This document shows, piece by piece, positions 28,291 through 37,359 of a stretch of 64,000 nucleotides of DNA. The translations under genes and the position numbers were made by a program. The notes under the pieces are model-generated. The model did no database searches. It saw only the letters and a program-made list of their open reading frames with translations, and was not told the origin of the DNA. Positions within the stretch are counted from its first letter, which is position 1. Each line of letters begins with the position of its first letter. The stretch lies in the IMG/VR virus record IMGVR_UViG_3300011116_001007; one strand, given 5' to 3'. The stretch comes from a virus. Taxonomy: Duplodnaviria > Caudoviricetes.

Positions 28291-28869
28291 TTATTGTGGT
28301 TGTGGTTCATTGGAGTTGAGTTCATCTTGTGCTTTCTGACTTTCCTGGTCACTTTGTACAGCATCTTTGTCTAGATCCTCGTCATAAGCAGCATCCAGTT
28401 CGTCCAGATCAATGTCCTGATCTTCCATTTCAATTGAGCCAGTGCGTATGTCATTCATCAAGGCCTTGGGCATGGTGATTGACACCAGCCATACATCTTT
28501 GGTCATTAGTTTGGCTTTGTGTGTGCCTGGAATGTAATCTGAAGGATCAGTGATCTTCACCGGGATCTTTATTTCTTTGCGTTGATATTCCACTTTGCAA
28601 TCAAACGGCAGCAGCCGCCTGGCACCACGTGGATCAGGCATGAGTTTTTCGGGCCACATGAATGTGCATTCCACACGATATTTGCCAATTTCTGGACCAG
28701 CCACAAGTTCGCCGATTTCCCAGTTTTTGAATGCGTACAAATCCACTTCGTCCAGCACACGCTCAAAGTCCAACAGTGTGGTCAAACTGCCGTCGCTCAT
28801 GTAGATGTCGCGGATGTTGTCGGCCACTTGCCAGTAGTCGGTGTGGTCTTTGAAGAGTTCTTTGTCCAT
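28291..28869 (-). CDS. Hypothetical phage protein with acidic tail
   Basis: 192-aa ORF; TAAATA 5 nt upstream. Confidence 0.7.
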   Translation of the reverse strand: MDKELFKDHTDYWQVADNIRDIYMSDGSLTTLLDFERVLDEVDLYAFKNWEIGELVAGPEIGKYRVECTFMWPEKLMPDPRGARRLLPFDCKVEYQRKEIKIPVKITDPSDYIPGTHKAKLMTKDVWLVSITMPKALMNDIRTGSIEMEDQDIDLDELDAAYDEDLDKDAVQSDQESQKAQDELNSNEPQPQ

Positions 28870-29028
28870 GTGATTATTTATGTGATTAGGATCATAGCTT
28901 GTGATCTCTAGAAACAGTAGCCTGGTCTGTATTTAGTGCCCATATTTCCAATATCACTCAGCACATTTATTAAAATTTGCGGCCGTAAATAGGTTGGTCC
29001 GAGAGGACATTTACTAGGAGAATTTGAT

Positions 29029-29766
29029 TTGAGTAGAAACCGCGCCGTCAAAGCACAAAACAAACGTATGATTCAATCTGTAGAAAACACCATCAGTTTT
29101 AACCCAGTATCTAAGGCGACACCACGTCGCATAGACTTGATCCCTCGCACACGAAATCAAGAACGCTTGGTGTTGGCACTACAAGATAACGATCAACATA
29201 TTGTGGTCACTGCAGGACCTGCAGGCACAGGTAAAACATACTTGGCCATGCAGGCAGCAGTAAAAGCACTTAGAGAAGGAGCATGTGATCGATTGGTAAT
29301 GACTCGCCCAGCAGTGGGAGTAGAAGGGGAACAACACGGTTTCCTCCCCGGCAACCTAGTGGCCAAAATGGAACCATGGACCCGTCCTTTGTTAGACGTC
29401 ATGCGTGAATATTATCGCGCCCAGGACATCGTAGCCATGATAGAAGATCAGGTTGTGGAAATTGCGCCTCTGGCATTCATGCGCGGCCGCACCTTTAAAA
29501 ACTCGTGGATAATAGCAGACGAAATGCAAAATGCAACTCCTGCCCAGGTGAAGATGTTGATGACCCGCATTGGACAAAATTCCAAAATCGTCATAACCGG
29601 CGATGTAGAACAAGCTGATCGAGCAACTGGAGACAACGGTCTATTGGACCTGTGTGAACGATTGCAAAAACGACCAGTGGAGGGAATAGCTGTGTGTGCC
29701 TTAGAAGCTCGTGACGTTCAACGTCACAAGATCATAGGGTCGGTACTAAAATTATACACAAATTAG
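29029..29766 (+). CDS. phoH: PhoH-family ATPase
   Basis: GPAGTGKT, GFLPG, PLAFMRGRT, DEMQN, ITGDVEQAD; TTG start after AGGAG. Confidence 0.93.
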   Translation: MSRNRAVKAQNKRMIQSVENTISFNPVSKATPRRIDLIPRTRNQERLVLALQDNDQHIVVTAGPAGTGKTYLAMQAAVKALREGACDRLVMTRPAVGVEGEQHGFLPGNLVAKMEPWTRPLLDVMREYYRAQDIVAMIEDQVVEIAPLAFMRGRTFKNSWIIADEMQNATPAQVKMLMTRIGQNSKIVITGDVEQADRATGDNGLLDLCERLQKRPVEGIAVCALEARDVQRHKIIGSVLKLYTN

Positions 29767-29817
29767 TAGGCATCTTTAGATATTTTGCAATCAAAATGGG
29801 GCAAGTAAATAGTCATT

Positions 29818-30071
29818 ATGAATTTACTTGCTTCATTTCCTAGAATTGTTGTGGCCTCCTGGGGAAGATCTGGATCTGCCCTGTTGAGTGAAAAAATTGG
29901 GCTTGCACTAGATACACACCCAATGTTTCCAATTCAGAATTAATTAAAAACTACGATGAAGTAAAGAAAGCAATTGAAGTCTATCAACCGGCAATGCAAA
30001 TGGCCACGGAACCATTTAGAAAATTTCAAAACAGCGTTGATATTTCTGAATGCATCAAGCACCGCCAGTGA
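29818..30071 (+). pseudogene. Remnant of a sulfotransferase-like gene (internal deletion plus frameshift)
   Basis: Frame 1 MNLLASFPRIVVASWGRSGSALL... stops at 29943; another frame continues SELIKNYDEVKK... to 30071; own TAAATA at 29806. Confidence 0.4.
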
Positions 30072-30654
30072 CCAACTGGTAAAATTCTTGCCAGTTTTGT
30101 ACCACGGGTATGCGGGGATTGTGATAATTCTTGTTGTATCCGTGGTACATCAGTACTGAATTCAATCCAAACGTCAATCCAACTTCGGCATTTTCGGCCT
30201 TGTCCTCAAACCACCAACAGCCTGAGTTTTGATATTCTACCAAAGCTTCGTGTTTGTCTGCACCTGTGCCCAAGAACACAAAACGACTGAATGCTGTGTG
30301 GCCAAACAGATTTTGCATGTTGTATTCTCTAGCACGGCCGGCATAAACATCTTGGCTCAAACTGGTGATCAAGTGAAATGTATATCCATGTTGTTCATGC
30401 AATTGCTGTACATATTGTTGAGCATCACGCAATGGATCTAGGTAGCCAATGGCTGCGGATTCATTGAATTGCTTGATACAAGCACGGCCATGATTGAAAC
30501 TCACATCAAAACGTTCGTCTATTAGATATGCGTCAATATTTAATAATCGATGACCATTAACAATCATCCATTGGTCAAATCTTGCAGCCCAGTCCAACAG
30601 CACGCCGTCGGCGTCAACCAGGATCAAGTTGTGTTTGTTCAGGTTTGAATTCAA
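30055..30654 (-). CDS. HAD-family 5'-nucleotidase-like phosphatase
   Basis: LVDADGVL (DxD), ITSL, ADK, WFEDKAEN; start uncertain (TTG at 30654). Confidence 0.8.
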   Translation of the reverse strand: MNSNLNKHNLILVDADGVLLDWAARFDQWMIVNGHRLLNIDAYLIDERFDVSFNHGRACIKQFNESAAIGYLDPLRDAQQYVQQLHEQHGYTFHLITSLSQDVYAGRAREYNMQNLFGHTAFSRFVFLGTGADKHEALVEYQNSGCWWFEDKAENAEVGLTFGLNSVLMYHGYNKNYHNPRIPVVQNWQEFYQLVTGGA

Positions 30655-30655
30655 T

Positions 30656-31555
30656 TTATTCTCCACAATTGTATTGACAAGCTGACTGCTCAATCAAGTT
30701 ATTATAAAATCCAACCACTGCGGATTTTTCTAGTATCTTACTTAATGTAGTATCTTCAATGGCATACTGTTTTTTATTCTTACCAAATTGTGTTTTATAA
30801 TAAAATCGGTGATCCCCTACATAACAGCATGGCGTGTAATGGCCATCAGCTGAAACATAATGTGCATGCCCATTATGACATTTGGGGGTTAATTTGTTTA
30901 TTGTTTGAGACTGTTTCCAATTTTGTTGATTGTGCCATCTTATTCCAATTTGGTTCTCTGCAGGTTTCAGATGCATGGTGACTTCATCAAATCGATCGCT
31001 GTTGGAAATTTGGAATTGATCTATTCCCAAGTCTCGGCTTAGTTGTTTTGCCTGTTCTATATTGTGTTCGTTAAAGGAAAAAGGAATGTATTTCCATTTG
31101 GTTTGGCAAGATGCTGCTGCACAGATTTCAACAGCCGCCTGGATTGTTTCCCAATCACCATTTATCCTGTATTGTGTAAAATTTTCTGGAATACCATCTA
31201 TAGAGAATGTCACACAATCAGCTGCCGAAAGCTCATTCACCAGATTTTCCCACCAACTTTGTTTTCGGTGACTGCCATTTGTAGTGATTGATATGACTGC
31301 GCCGCGGGCTTTAAGATCCTGCACCATTCCTGCCAGGTCCTGGTGATAGATTGGATCACCATAATTACCACACATGTTTATTTCTACATTCTCTAAATCA
31401 AGATCTAGAAACTGCATTAACACTGATCTATCTAGACTGTGATTTTTCCAATGTTTCGGCCATTGATCGATAAATCTAGTTCTGGCACAACCGGGACATT
31501 TTAATGTGCATATATTGGTCGGCTCAAGATGGATACCTTTAACTTGCGGGATCAT
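30656..31555 (-). CDS. Radical SAM protein with C-terminal Cys-rich (SPASM/twitch-like) domain
   Basis: CTLKCPGC (CxxxCxxC), GNYGDP, ITTNG, FSIDG, YTPCC; start MIPQVK. Confidence 0.88.
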   Translation of the reverse strand: MIPQVKGIHLEPTNICTLKCPGCARTRFIDQWPKHWKNHSLDRSVLMQFLDLDLENVEINMCGNYGDPIYHQDLAGMVQDLKARGAVISITTNGSHRKQSWWENLVNELSAADCVTFSIDGIPENFTQYRINGDWETIQAAVEICAAASCQTKWKYIPFSFNEHNIEQAKQLSRDLGIDQFQISNSDRFDEVTMHLKPAENQIGIRWHNQQNWKQSQTINKLTPKCHNGHAHYVSADGHYTPCCYVGDHRFYYKTQFGKNKKQYAIEDTTLSKILEKSAVVGFYNNLIEQSACQYNCGE

Positions 31556-31841
31556 TCGCTGCTTTGAGAGAAGTCTCTTTGTAGTCAATCTCATAGCCAT
31601 TTTCTTTGAACAATCGCTCAATGGTACTTTTGTAATGCTGCAGATAATATTCAACAATCCGGTTGAAATCCTTTGGCACAGTGGTACCATTTAGATGTGC
31701 TTTTACCACTTGTAGTTTTTTGAAATCCAATATCACACTGGCTGTTTGAATGTCTCGAGCTCTAATACTGCTGGACACAGCCATGCTCTCGTCCATTTTG
31801 CCATCAGCTTTGGCGTAGTAAGTCAGTATTAGATATCTCAT
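31539..31841 (-). CDS. Hypothetical protein
   Basis: 100-aa ORF coupled to the clamp loader gene. Confidence 0.65.
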   Translation of the reverse strand: MRYLILTYYAKADGKMDESMAVSSSIRARDIQTASVILDFKKLQVVKAHLNGTTVPKDFNRIVEYYLQHYKSTIERLFKENGYEIDYKETSLKAANDPAS

Positions 31842-32761
31842 GCGATGTTACTTAATTCAATCAGTGTGGCCGATAAATTGATTTCGGCATCTGCCACAGC
31901 ATTGTGTTTGACCAGGCCGTCACGGATGATCACTATGGCTTGATCTTGCTTTTCGACAGTATTGCCCCACAATTCAAGATTGTCGTACATCCAACGAAAT
32001 ATTTCTTCAACATCCTCTGGGCTGGAACTTTGGCACAACAACGACCTTGCTTCGCGTATTTGCCCTTGCTTGAACATGTGTACACAGTCCAGTTTCCAAT
32101 CTCTTGCACTGCGATCGCCTGCGCCTGGCGCTGACAACGTGCCCGACTGTGAATTCATCTGCAGCAGATTCAGGCATTTACGCATGTCTGGGTAAGTGGC
32201 TTTGACATAACTGTCTAAGGTATCAATGTCAAATTCCACATTTTCTGTGACCAACACAGTGGCAACCCTGGCAGTGAATTCCACATGGTCTGTTTTGACA
32301 ATATGGAATCCTTGGCACCGACTGTGCAGCGGAGCAATGATCTTGTGTGGGAAATTGCAAGTCAACACAAAACGCACAGTCTGACTGTAATCTTCCATGA
32401 GATTACGCAATGCAGGTTGCACACTATTGGGATTCATGTAGTCTGCTTCGTCAATCAACACCACTTTGAATTTGCCAAATGGCATGGTCTGACAAAAGCT
32501 GATCAGTCGATCCACCCATTCAACTTTTCTAGCTTCTTTAGATCCATTGGCGTACATCACATCATATTCGTCAACACCTAATTCATTGATCAGCAGCTTG
32601 GCCAGAGTAGTTTTACCTGTGCCTGCTGACCCACTCAGCATGAGATGCGGAATGCTGCCATCTTGTATCCATTGTTTCACTTGATCGCGTTGTTGATCAT
32701 CCACAAACACATAGCCGTCCATGGTGTCGGGACGATACTGTTCTACCCAGAGTTGTTTCAT
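31838..32761 (-). CDS. Clamp loader subunit (T4 gp44 / RFC small-subunit type)
   Basis: WVEQYRP, GSAGTGKTT, IDEADY, ALRNLME, LHSRC, YPDMRK. Confidence 0.92.
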   Translation of the reverse strand: MKQLWVEQYRPDTMDGYVFVDDQQRDQVKQWIQDGSIPHLMLSGSAGTGKTTLAKLLINELGVDEYDVMYANGSKEARKVEWVDRLISFCQTMPFGKFKVVLIDEADYMNPNSVQPALRNLMEDYSQTVRFVLTCNFPHKIIAPLHSRCQGFHIVKTDHVEFTARVATVLVTENVEFDIDTLDSYVKATYPDMRKCLNLLQMNSQSGTLSAPGAGDRSARDWKLDCVHMFKQGQIREARSLLCQSSSPEDVEEIFRWMYDNLELWGNTVEKQDQAIVIIRDGLVKHNAVADAEINLSATLIELSNIA

Positions 32762-33021
32762 TGATTGTTACCTAGATTTTTTGAATTTAAAATTGACCAC
32801 ATTTGCGTTTGGTCGCGCTCCAACTGTTGCTGTTCCAACCATTCTTGCTCAGGAGCATAAGTTGGACACCGCTTCAACATGTCTTCTAGTGCAAATTGTA
32901 TACGATATAAATCTTGTTTGCAACCCCAAGTGGTAAAACCGTCCATGTTAGGATCCGAAGTGGCAAAATAAATTCTTTGTAGTTTGCCAATGATCTCATC
33001 AGCATTCCAATTCTTTATCAT
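32758..33021 (-). CDS. Hypothetical protein
   Basis: 87-aa ORF, overlap-coupled. Confidence 0.6.
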   Translation of the reverse strand: MIKNWNADEIIGKLQRIYFATSDPNMDGFTTWGCKQDLYRIQFALEDMLKRCPTYAPEQEWLEQQQLERDQTQMWSILNSKNLGNNQ

Positions 33022-33422
33022 CAGTTGTGTTGCATGTATGTGGGTTTGGCCTCTACATGTATAGCAGTAGAGAATGTGTCGTCGGCTGGCGCCTCGTCAG
33101 ACACCATCATGATGTCTTTGGGATCCACTCTTCGCAAAGTGACCTTGCCCGATTCATCTTCTATGTCAATGCCTCGGGTCCAGCGGCCGTGCTCTACGCA
33201 CACCCATTGACCTTCAACAACGTCTTTTTGTTCAGGGCCCACAGCATACACTCGACCCCACCGCGGACGAATTCCGGTGCTTTTGCCATTGTCGCTGGGA
33301 ATAATAATACCACCAGTACTGAGACGCACATCAAATACCATTTCGCTCACAATCACAGATTCTCCCAATGGGCGAAGTTGACTGCGTTTTATTTCATGTG
33401 GTGCGTATGCTGCTTTGATCAT
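33021..33422 (-). CDS. groES: Co-chaperonin GroES-like
   Basis: LRPLGESVIV, STGGIIIP, GRVYAVGP, VEGQWV. Confidence 0.85.
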   Translation of the reverse strand: MIKAAYAPHEIKRSQLRPLGESVIVSEMVFDVRLSTGGIIIPSDNGKSTGIRPRWGRVYAVGPEQKDVVEGQWVCVEHGRWTRGIDIEDESGKVTLRRVDPKDIMMVSDEAPADDTFSTAIHVEAKPTYMQHN

Positions 33423-33631
33423 TGATGTCCTCTGGTGTTTTGAACTTGCTTGTTGTATTGATTGTTGATTTGTTGATTTCGTGCTTGAATTATTTCATTG
33501 TCATCATTGACCAGATCTCCGCGAGCATTCACTTTCATATTGCCCACAGCACGAACCTTTTCATTTCGTTGACGCAATGCACCCATGTCTACTGCTTTGC
33601 CATTGGCGCTTTTGTATATATCTTTTGACAT
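33419..33631 (-). CDS. Hypothetical protein
   Basis: 70-aa ORF with GGAGGT SD and TAAATA upstream. Confidence 0.7.
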   Translation of the reverse strand: MSKDIYKSANGKAVDMGALRQRNEKVRAVGNMKVNARGDLVNDDNEIIQARNQQINNQYNKQVQNTRGHQ

Positions 33632-33653
33632 TGTGTACCTCCTAAAACAATAT

Positions 33654-34166
33654 TTAACGCAAAAATTCAGCGACGTCTAAATTATAATGCAAACTGTCAA
33701 TGCGATGCACTCCCAATTTGTACAACACATAACTGGCCACACTACTGCCTCGGCCCACACCCCAGATCACTTGATTCTGAGTCATTGTGTCCACTAGGTA
33801 TTTCAAGTAACGCAATAGGTCAAACAAGTTGCGTTCTTGATACAACAACAATTCTTGCCCACATCGTTGCAATTCATCGTTGTTGTTGCAGCAGCTCAAC
33901 ACCAACTCTGCAATATCCAACGTTTTGTATTCTGCAGGCATGTGCCAATTTTGCTGGCACTGTTGATCAAATTGTTCTGTGGATATAGATTCCACATCTT
34001 TATTATAGATTTCAAAAGCTGGGATATTTTGTAATATATCTGCCGCTGCTGACAAATTCACCGAATCGTCAACTGTGTATCCAGCAAACTGCTGATTGCC
34101 CTGCATCAGCTGATTCACAAGATCAGTTTGATCAAAAATCATTTGCCCGTGACAGTTAGTTTTCAT
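33654..34166 (-). CDS. dnaE: Stand-alone fragment of DNA polymerase III alpha (DnaE)
   Basis: WHMPAEY...CGQELLLY...WGVGRGSSVASYVLYKLGVHRID; only about 170 aa. Confidence 0.75.
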   Translation of the reverse strand: MKTNCHGQMIFDQTDLVNQLMQGNQQFAGYTVDDSVNLSAAADILQNIPAFEIYNKDVESISTEQFDQQCQQNWHMPAEYKTLDIAELVLSCCNNNDELQRCGQELLLYQERNLFDLLRYLKYLVDTMTQNQVIWGVGRGSSVASYVLYKLGVHRIDSLHYNLDVAEFLR

Positions 34167-34752
34167 TTTTGGTAAAGTTGGCGTACACCACGGTGTTGGC
34201 AACATCTTTGGATTCTGTATCTGGCCAGTCAAGTCCAAACTCTCTCCAATTTTTATGTTTGATTTTGACTATGTTGGTTTTGGTATCAGATGGCACATTT
34301 TTTGTGCGGATGGCCGTGGAATCGTTCCACCAACCCGTTTGATGAAATGGCCCAATGGGATCTTCTTCGTCATGCAGATAGCACACATTGTCACCAAGGC
34401 TTGAACTCAGTTCCAATTGTGTTATTTCCATACGCCCTTCCATGATAGCATTGAGTTTGTAGTATAACATCATACCAACAATCTGATCAACTGGTTCTTC
34501 AGGTAGTGTGGTAACATCAATACCCATTTGGTTCATTATTTCTTCATGGTCGGGCCAGCAAGAATTTATAAAAACTGTGCTGTTGAGTCCGTCTACGAAC
34601 GTTTTGACTCTTTCCAGGGCTATGTTGCTGTTGGCAGAGTCCAATGTACGTGTGAGTAGATTCATACCCACGTTATAAGAATTCATCTGTAATCGATCAT
34701 CAAAATACACACCTGCTAAAAAGGCAGTTTCATAGTAGAGTCGCACGTTCAT
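34156..34752 (-). CDS. Hypothetical phage protein
   Basis: 198-aa ORF, overlap-coupled. Confidence 0.65.
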   Translation of the reverse strand: MNVRLYYETAFLAGVYFDDRLQMNSYNVGMNLLTRTLDSANSNIALERVKTFVDGLNSTVFINSCWPDHEEIMNQMGIDVTTLPEEPVDQIVGMMLYYKLNAIMEGRMEITQLELSSSLGDNVCYLHDEEDPIGPFHQTGWWNDSTAIRTKNVPSDTKTNIVKIKHKNWREFGLDWPDTESKDVANTVVYANFTKNEN

Positions 34753-34985
34753 TTGATATCAATCTTGCTGTTAAAATTGCTGTCTTCAATTTGCTTACGA
34801 TAAGTTTCTTGAACTTTTTCTTGATACTTGGTTTGGTAACTTTCAACTGCCATCCTGATTTGGTTGCACAGATGCCCGTTGCCAGTTCGCATGGCAATGC
34901 TCAATTTGTTATTGAGGTCAGTGATCTTTTTGCTGAGATCTTCAACAGTCAGTGAGTCGAGATTACCAATTAAAGGATGTTCCAT
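34749..34985 (-). CDS. Small coiled-coil hypothetical protein
   Basis: 78-aa ORF downstream of a sigma70-like promoter. Confidence 0.65.
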   Translation of the reverse strand: MEHPLIGNLDSLTVEDLSKKITDLNNKLSIAMRTGNGHLCNQIRMAVESYQTKYQEKVQETYRKQIEDSNFNSKIDIK

Positions 34986-34991
34986 TGTGCA

Positions 34992-35020
34992 AGTTTACTA
35001 CAAAATGCACTTGAAGTCAA
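34992..35020 (-). promoter_or_regulatory. sigma70-like promoter
   Basis: TTGACT-17-TAAACT on the minus strand. Confidence 0.55.
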
Positions 35021-35029
35021 CCGTTAAGG

Positions 35030-36430
35030 TTAACTCCAGTTGCCCACAGATGCAACTGTATTAGTACCAATTGGAGTTAATTTTAAATAACTGTTGGCCA
35101 ATATGGTAGGAGCGCCACCGGGTGCTGCACTGTATTTTATTTGCGGAGTGAATGAGCCGGCTGTGTTGGTACGAACCACGCCTCTGATGGTCACTGTGAT
35201 ATTTTCTGTGGCTGTGGTAGAAGCTGCTGTGACCGCAGTTGCAGTGGCACCTGTGGCGTAGATTCGGCTTACGGTTCCTAATGCATTGCCGGTGGTTGAT
35301 GTGGTATCGGCTGTGTATGCAATGCTGGTCAATGTGCCGCCCAACGCAAATAGTGTACTTAATGTATGACTGGTAGTGCCGGCTGCTCTAGTGATATAGT
35401 ACACTGCTTCCAAAAAGTAACTGGTGCTGCCTGGCAAAGTGATTGTTCCGCTGGCTGGCGAATTAAACACTGATTGAGCAGTGCTCACGTCACTGCCAAC
35501 ATAGTCGGTGGTCAACACAATAAAATGCTCAGTGGGCATCACCCCACGTTGACTTGATTGTGCAGTTCCGTAGAACACTTGTCCATCATATTCTTGGGCA
35601 CCTGCAATGGCCGAAGTGAGGTTGACACCAGAAGTGTACACAATCGGCGCATTGGTCACTGTACCAGCCACGGGACGAATCAACCCTGTTACGTTGCCGC
35701 CTGTGACATTGCCTGTGGCGCTGACAATTCCGCCAGTTGATACGTTGCCGCCAGCAATGTTACCTGTGGCGCTGACAATTCCGCCAGTTGATACGTTGCC
35801 GCCAGCAATGTTACCTGTTGCAGTAAAAGAAACCACAGAGAATGATGTGAAATTGGTCAATGCACGATTCAAATCAAATATAGTAATAGTGGTGCCGGCG
35901 TCATAGGTGCCAAAAGCAAACTCATAATAGCCAGTACTACTGAAAGTAATTACTCCTGCAGAATATCCTTGAATACCGCCAGTGCCCAGCGTGACAGCAG
36001 CCGGCAATGTTACTGTGTGCGTTATATCAGTTATGTTTATTTGCACTTTCACATAGCCGTATTGTCCAGTGGGCGGAAAATTACTAAATGCTAACGTGAT
36101 GTTACCTGTGGTACTGACAGTTTGATAAGGCGCAGTAGTGTAATCAACAGTGACTGTTCCGCTGGTGGTAGTGAGTGCTGTTTTTACTTCACTGATATCT
36201 TGCAATTGAGCACCCACCAACAGCGCATCATTCATGTTGTTGTCCAAGGTGGTGCCAGTCAATGCAGCTTTGAGTATGACTTTGGATTGAAGGTCATTGA
36301 TTTCATTTTCTGCATATTGGAAATTGGTTTTGGTATTGGTAAAATTATCACGGAAGCCTTGACTGTTGTTGTCCTGTCCGGCCACCGGGTATGCTCCGTC
36401 GATGATATTTGGGTTGATGTTACTTGACAT
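35030..36430 (-). CDS. Virion structural (tail/baseplate fibre-like) protein
   Basis: YPVAGQDNNSQGFRDNF N-terminus; Thr/Gly-rich; GNIAGGN repeats. Confidence 0.65.
   Translation of the reverse strand: MSSNINPNIIDGAYPVAGQDNNSQGFRDNFTNTKTNFQYAENEINDLQSKVILKAALTGTTLDNNMNDALLVGAQLQDISEVKTALTTTSGTVTVDYTTAPYQTVSTTGNITLAFSNFPPTGQYGYVKVQINITDITHTVTLPAAVTLGTGGIQGYSAGVITFSSTGYYEFAFGTYDAGTTITIFDLNRALTNFTSFSVVSFTATGNIAGGNVSTGGIVSATGNIAGGNVSTGGIVSATGNVTGGNVTGLIRPVAGTVTNAPIVYTSGVNLTSAIAGAQEYDGQVFYGTAQSSQRGVMPTEHFIVLTTDYVGSDVSTAQSVFNSPASGTITLPGSTSYFLEAVYYITRAAGTTSHTLSTLFALGGTLTSIAYTADTTSTTGNALGTVSRIYATGATATAVTAASTTATENITVTIRGVVRTNTAGSFTPQIKYSAAPGGAPTILANSYLKLTPIGTNTVASVGNWS
35712..35813. repeat. Exact 51-bp tandem duplication
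   Basis: cctgtggcgctgacaattccgccagttgatacgttgccgccagcaatgtta x2 (17-aa repeat). Confidence 0.9.
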
Positions 36431-36447
36431 TCTAGATCCTTGTGCAA

Positions 36448-37347
36448 TTACGCAAACGTGCAGCCATTGTTACCAATGCAAAACCATTTGGAATTGGTAT
36501 ATTGTAATGTGCAGCCACAACCAAGTGTGGCAAATGTGATGGTTCCTGTGCCACTGGCTTTCCAGCCAGCATTGGCCACTGTGATGACCATGTTGCCTGA
36601 CGCAATGGCCACTGCGCTGAATACTTTGATTTGCCCTGTTGTACCTGCTGCCAATGTGGCTGTTTCGGCAGCGGCTGTGGTAAAATAACTGGTAGTTTTT
36701 GTCAAACTGGCAGCAGCACTAGCTGCAAGATCTTCACTGCCAGTCAAGAACAGTGGATTGATAAATCTGTTGCGTGGTCTAGTGAGTTCGCTGAGATAAA
36801 TGGTTGTGCCACCATCATCTGTGTGGAATTGAAATTCATATGTGCCGGTTTCTGCAAATGTGATCACATTGCTAGCAATGCCCTGTATGCCCAGCACAGA
36901 TGCGGCGCTGGCGCCAGTGCCTACTGCACTTGGCAGTGTCAAAGTGTGTGCAGTGCTGGCCACGGTCACACGCACTATGAGCCAACCTTGCTGTGCTGCT
37001 GCTGGAAAGTTGTTGAATGCCAACGTAACCGACCCTGATGTGGTCAATGTCTGATAATGCCCATTGGCATAATCGATTGTGACTGTGCCACTTGTGGTAC
37101 CAATAGCATAGCGTGTGGCAGAGAAATCTCGCATCTGACCATCTATCAACAATGCTCCGGCAAAATTATTGGTAACTCCGGCACCAGTGGTCACTGTGTT
37201 GGATTGTAATGCAGTAATTTCGGACGCAGCATACTCAAAATTAGTTTTGATATTGGTAAAATTATCGCGCATGCCTTTGGTGCTGTTGTCTTGTCCAGCT
37301 ACCGGATACGATCCATTGATGAGGTTTGGGTTGATGCTACTTGTCAT
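36448..37347 (-). CDS. Virion structural protein, paralog of 35030-36430
   Basis: YPVAGQDNSTKGMRDNFTNIKTNF N-terminus nearly identical to the neighbour. Confidence 0.65.
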   Translation of the reverse strand: MTSSINPNLINGSYPVAGQDNSTKGMRDNFTNIKTNFEYAASEITALQSNTVTTGAGVTNNFAGALLIDGQMRDFSATRYAIGTTSGTVTIDYANGHYQTLTTSGSVTLAFNNFPAAAQQGWLIVRVTVASTAHTLTLPSAVGTGASAASVLGIQGIASNVITFAETGTYEFQFHTDDGGTTIYLSELTRPRNRFINPLFLTGSEDLAASAAASLTKTTSYFTTAAAETATLAAGTTGQIKVFSAVAIASGNMVITVANAGWKASGTGTITFATLGCGCTLQYTNSKWFCIGNNGCTFA

Positions 37348-37359
37348 ATTGTTTGCAGG

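Noticed and set aside
28995-29010. GTCC-GAGA-GGAC hairpin in the phoH leader
   Set aside because: A 4-bp GNRA stem is too small to support a regulatory claim on its own.
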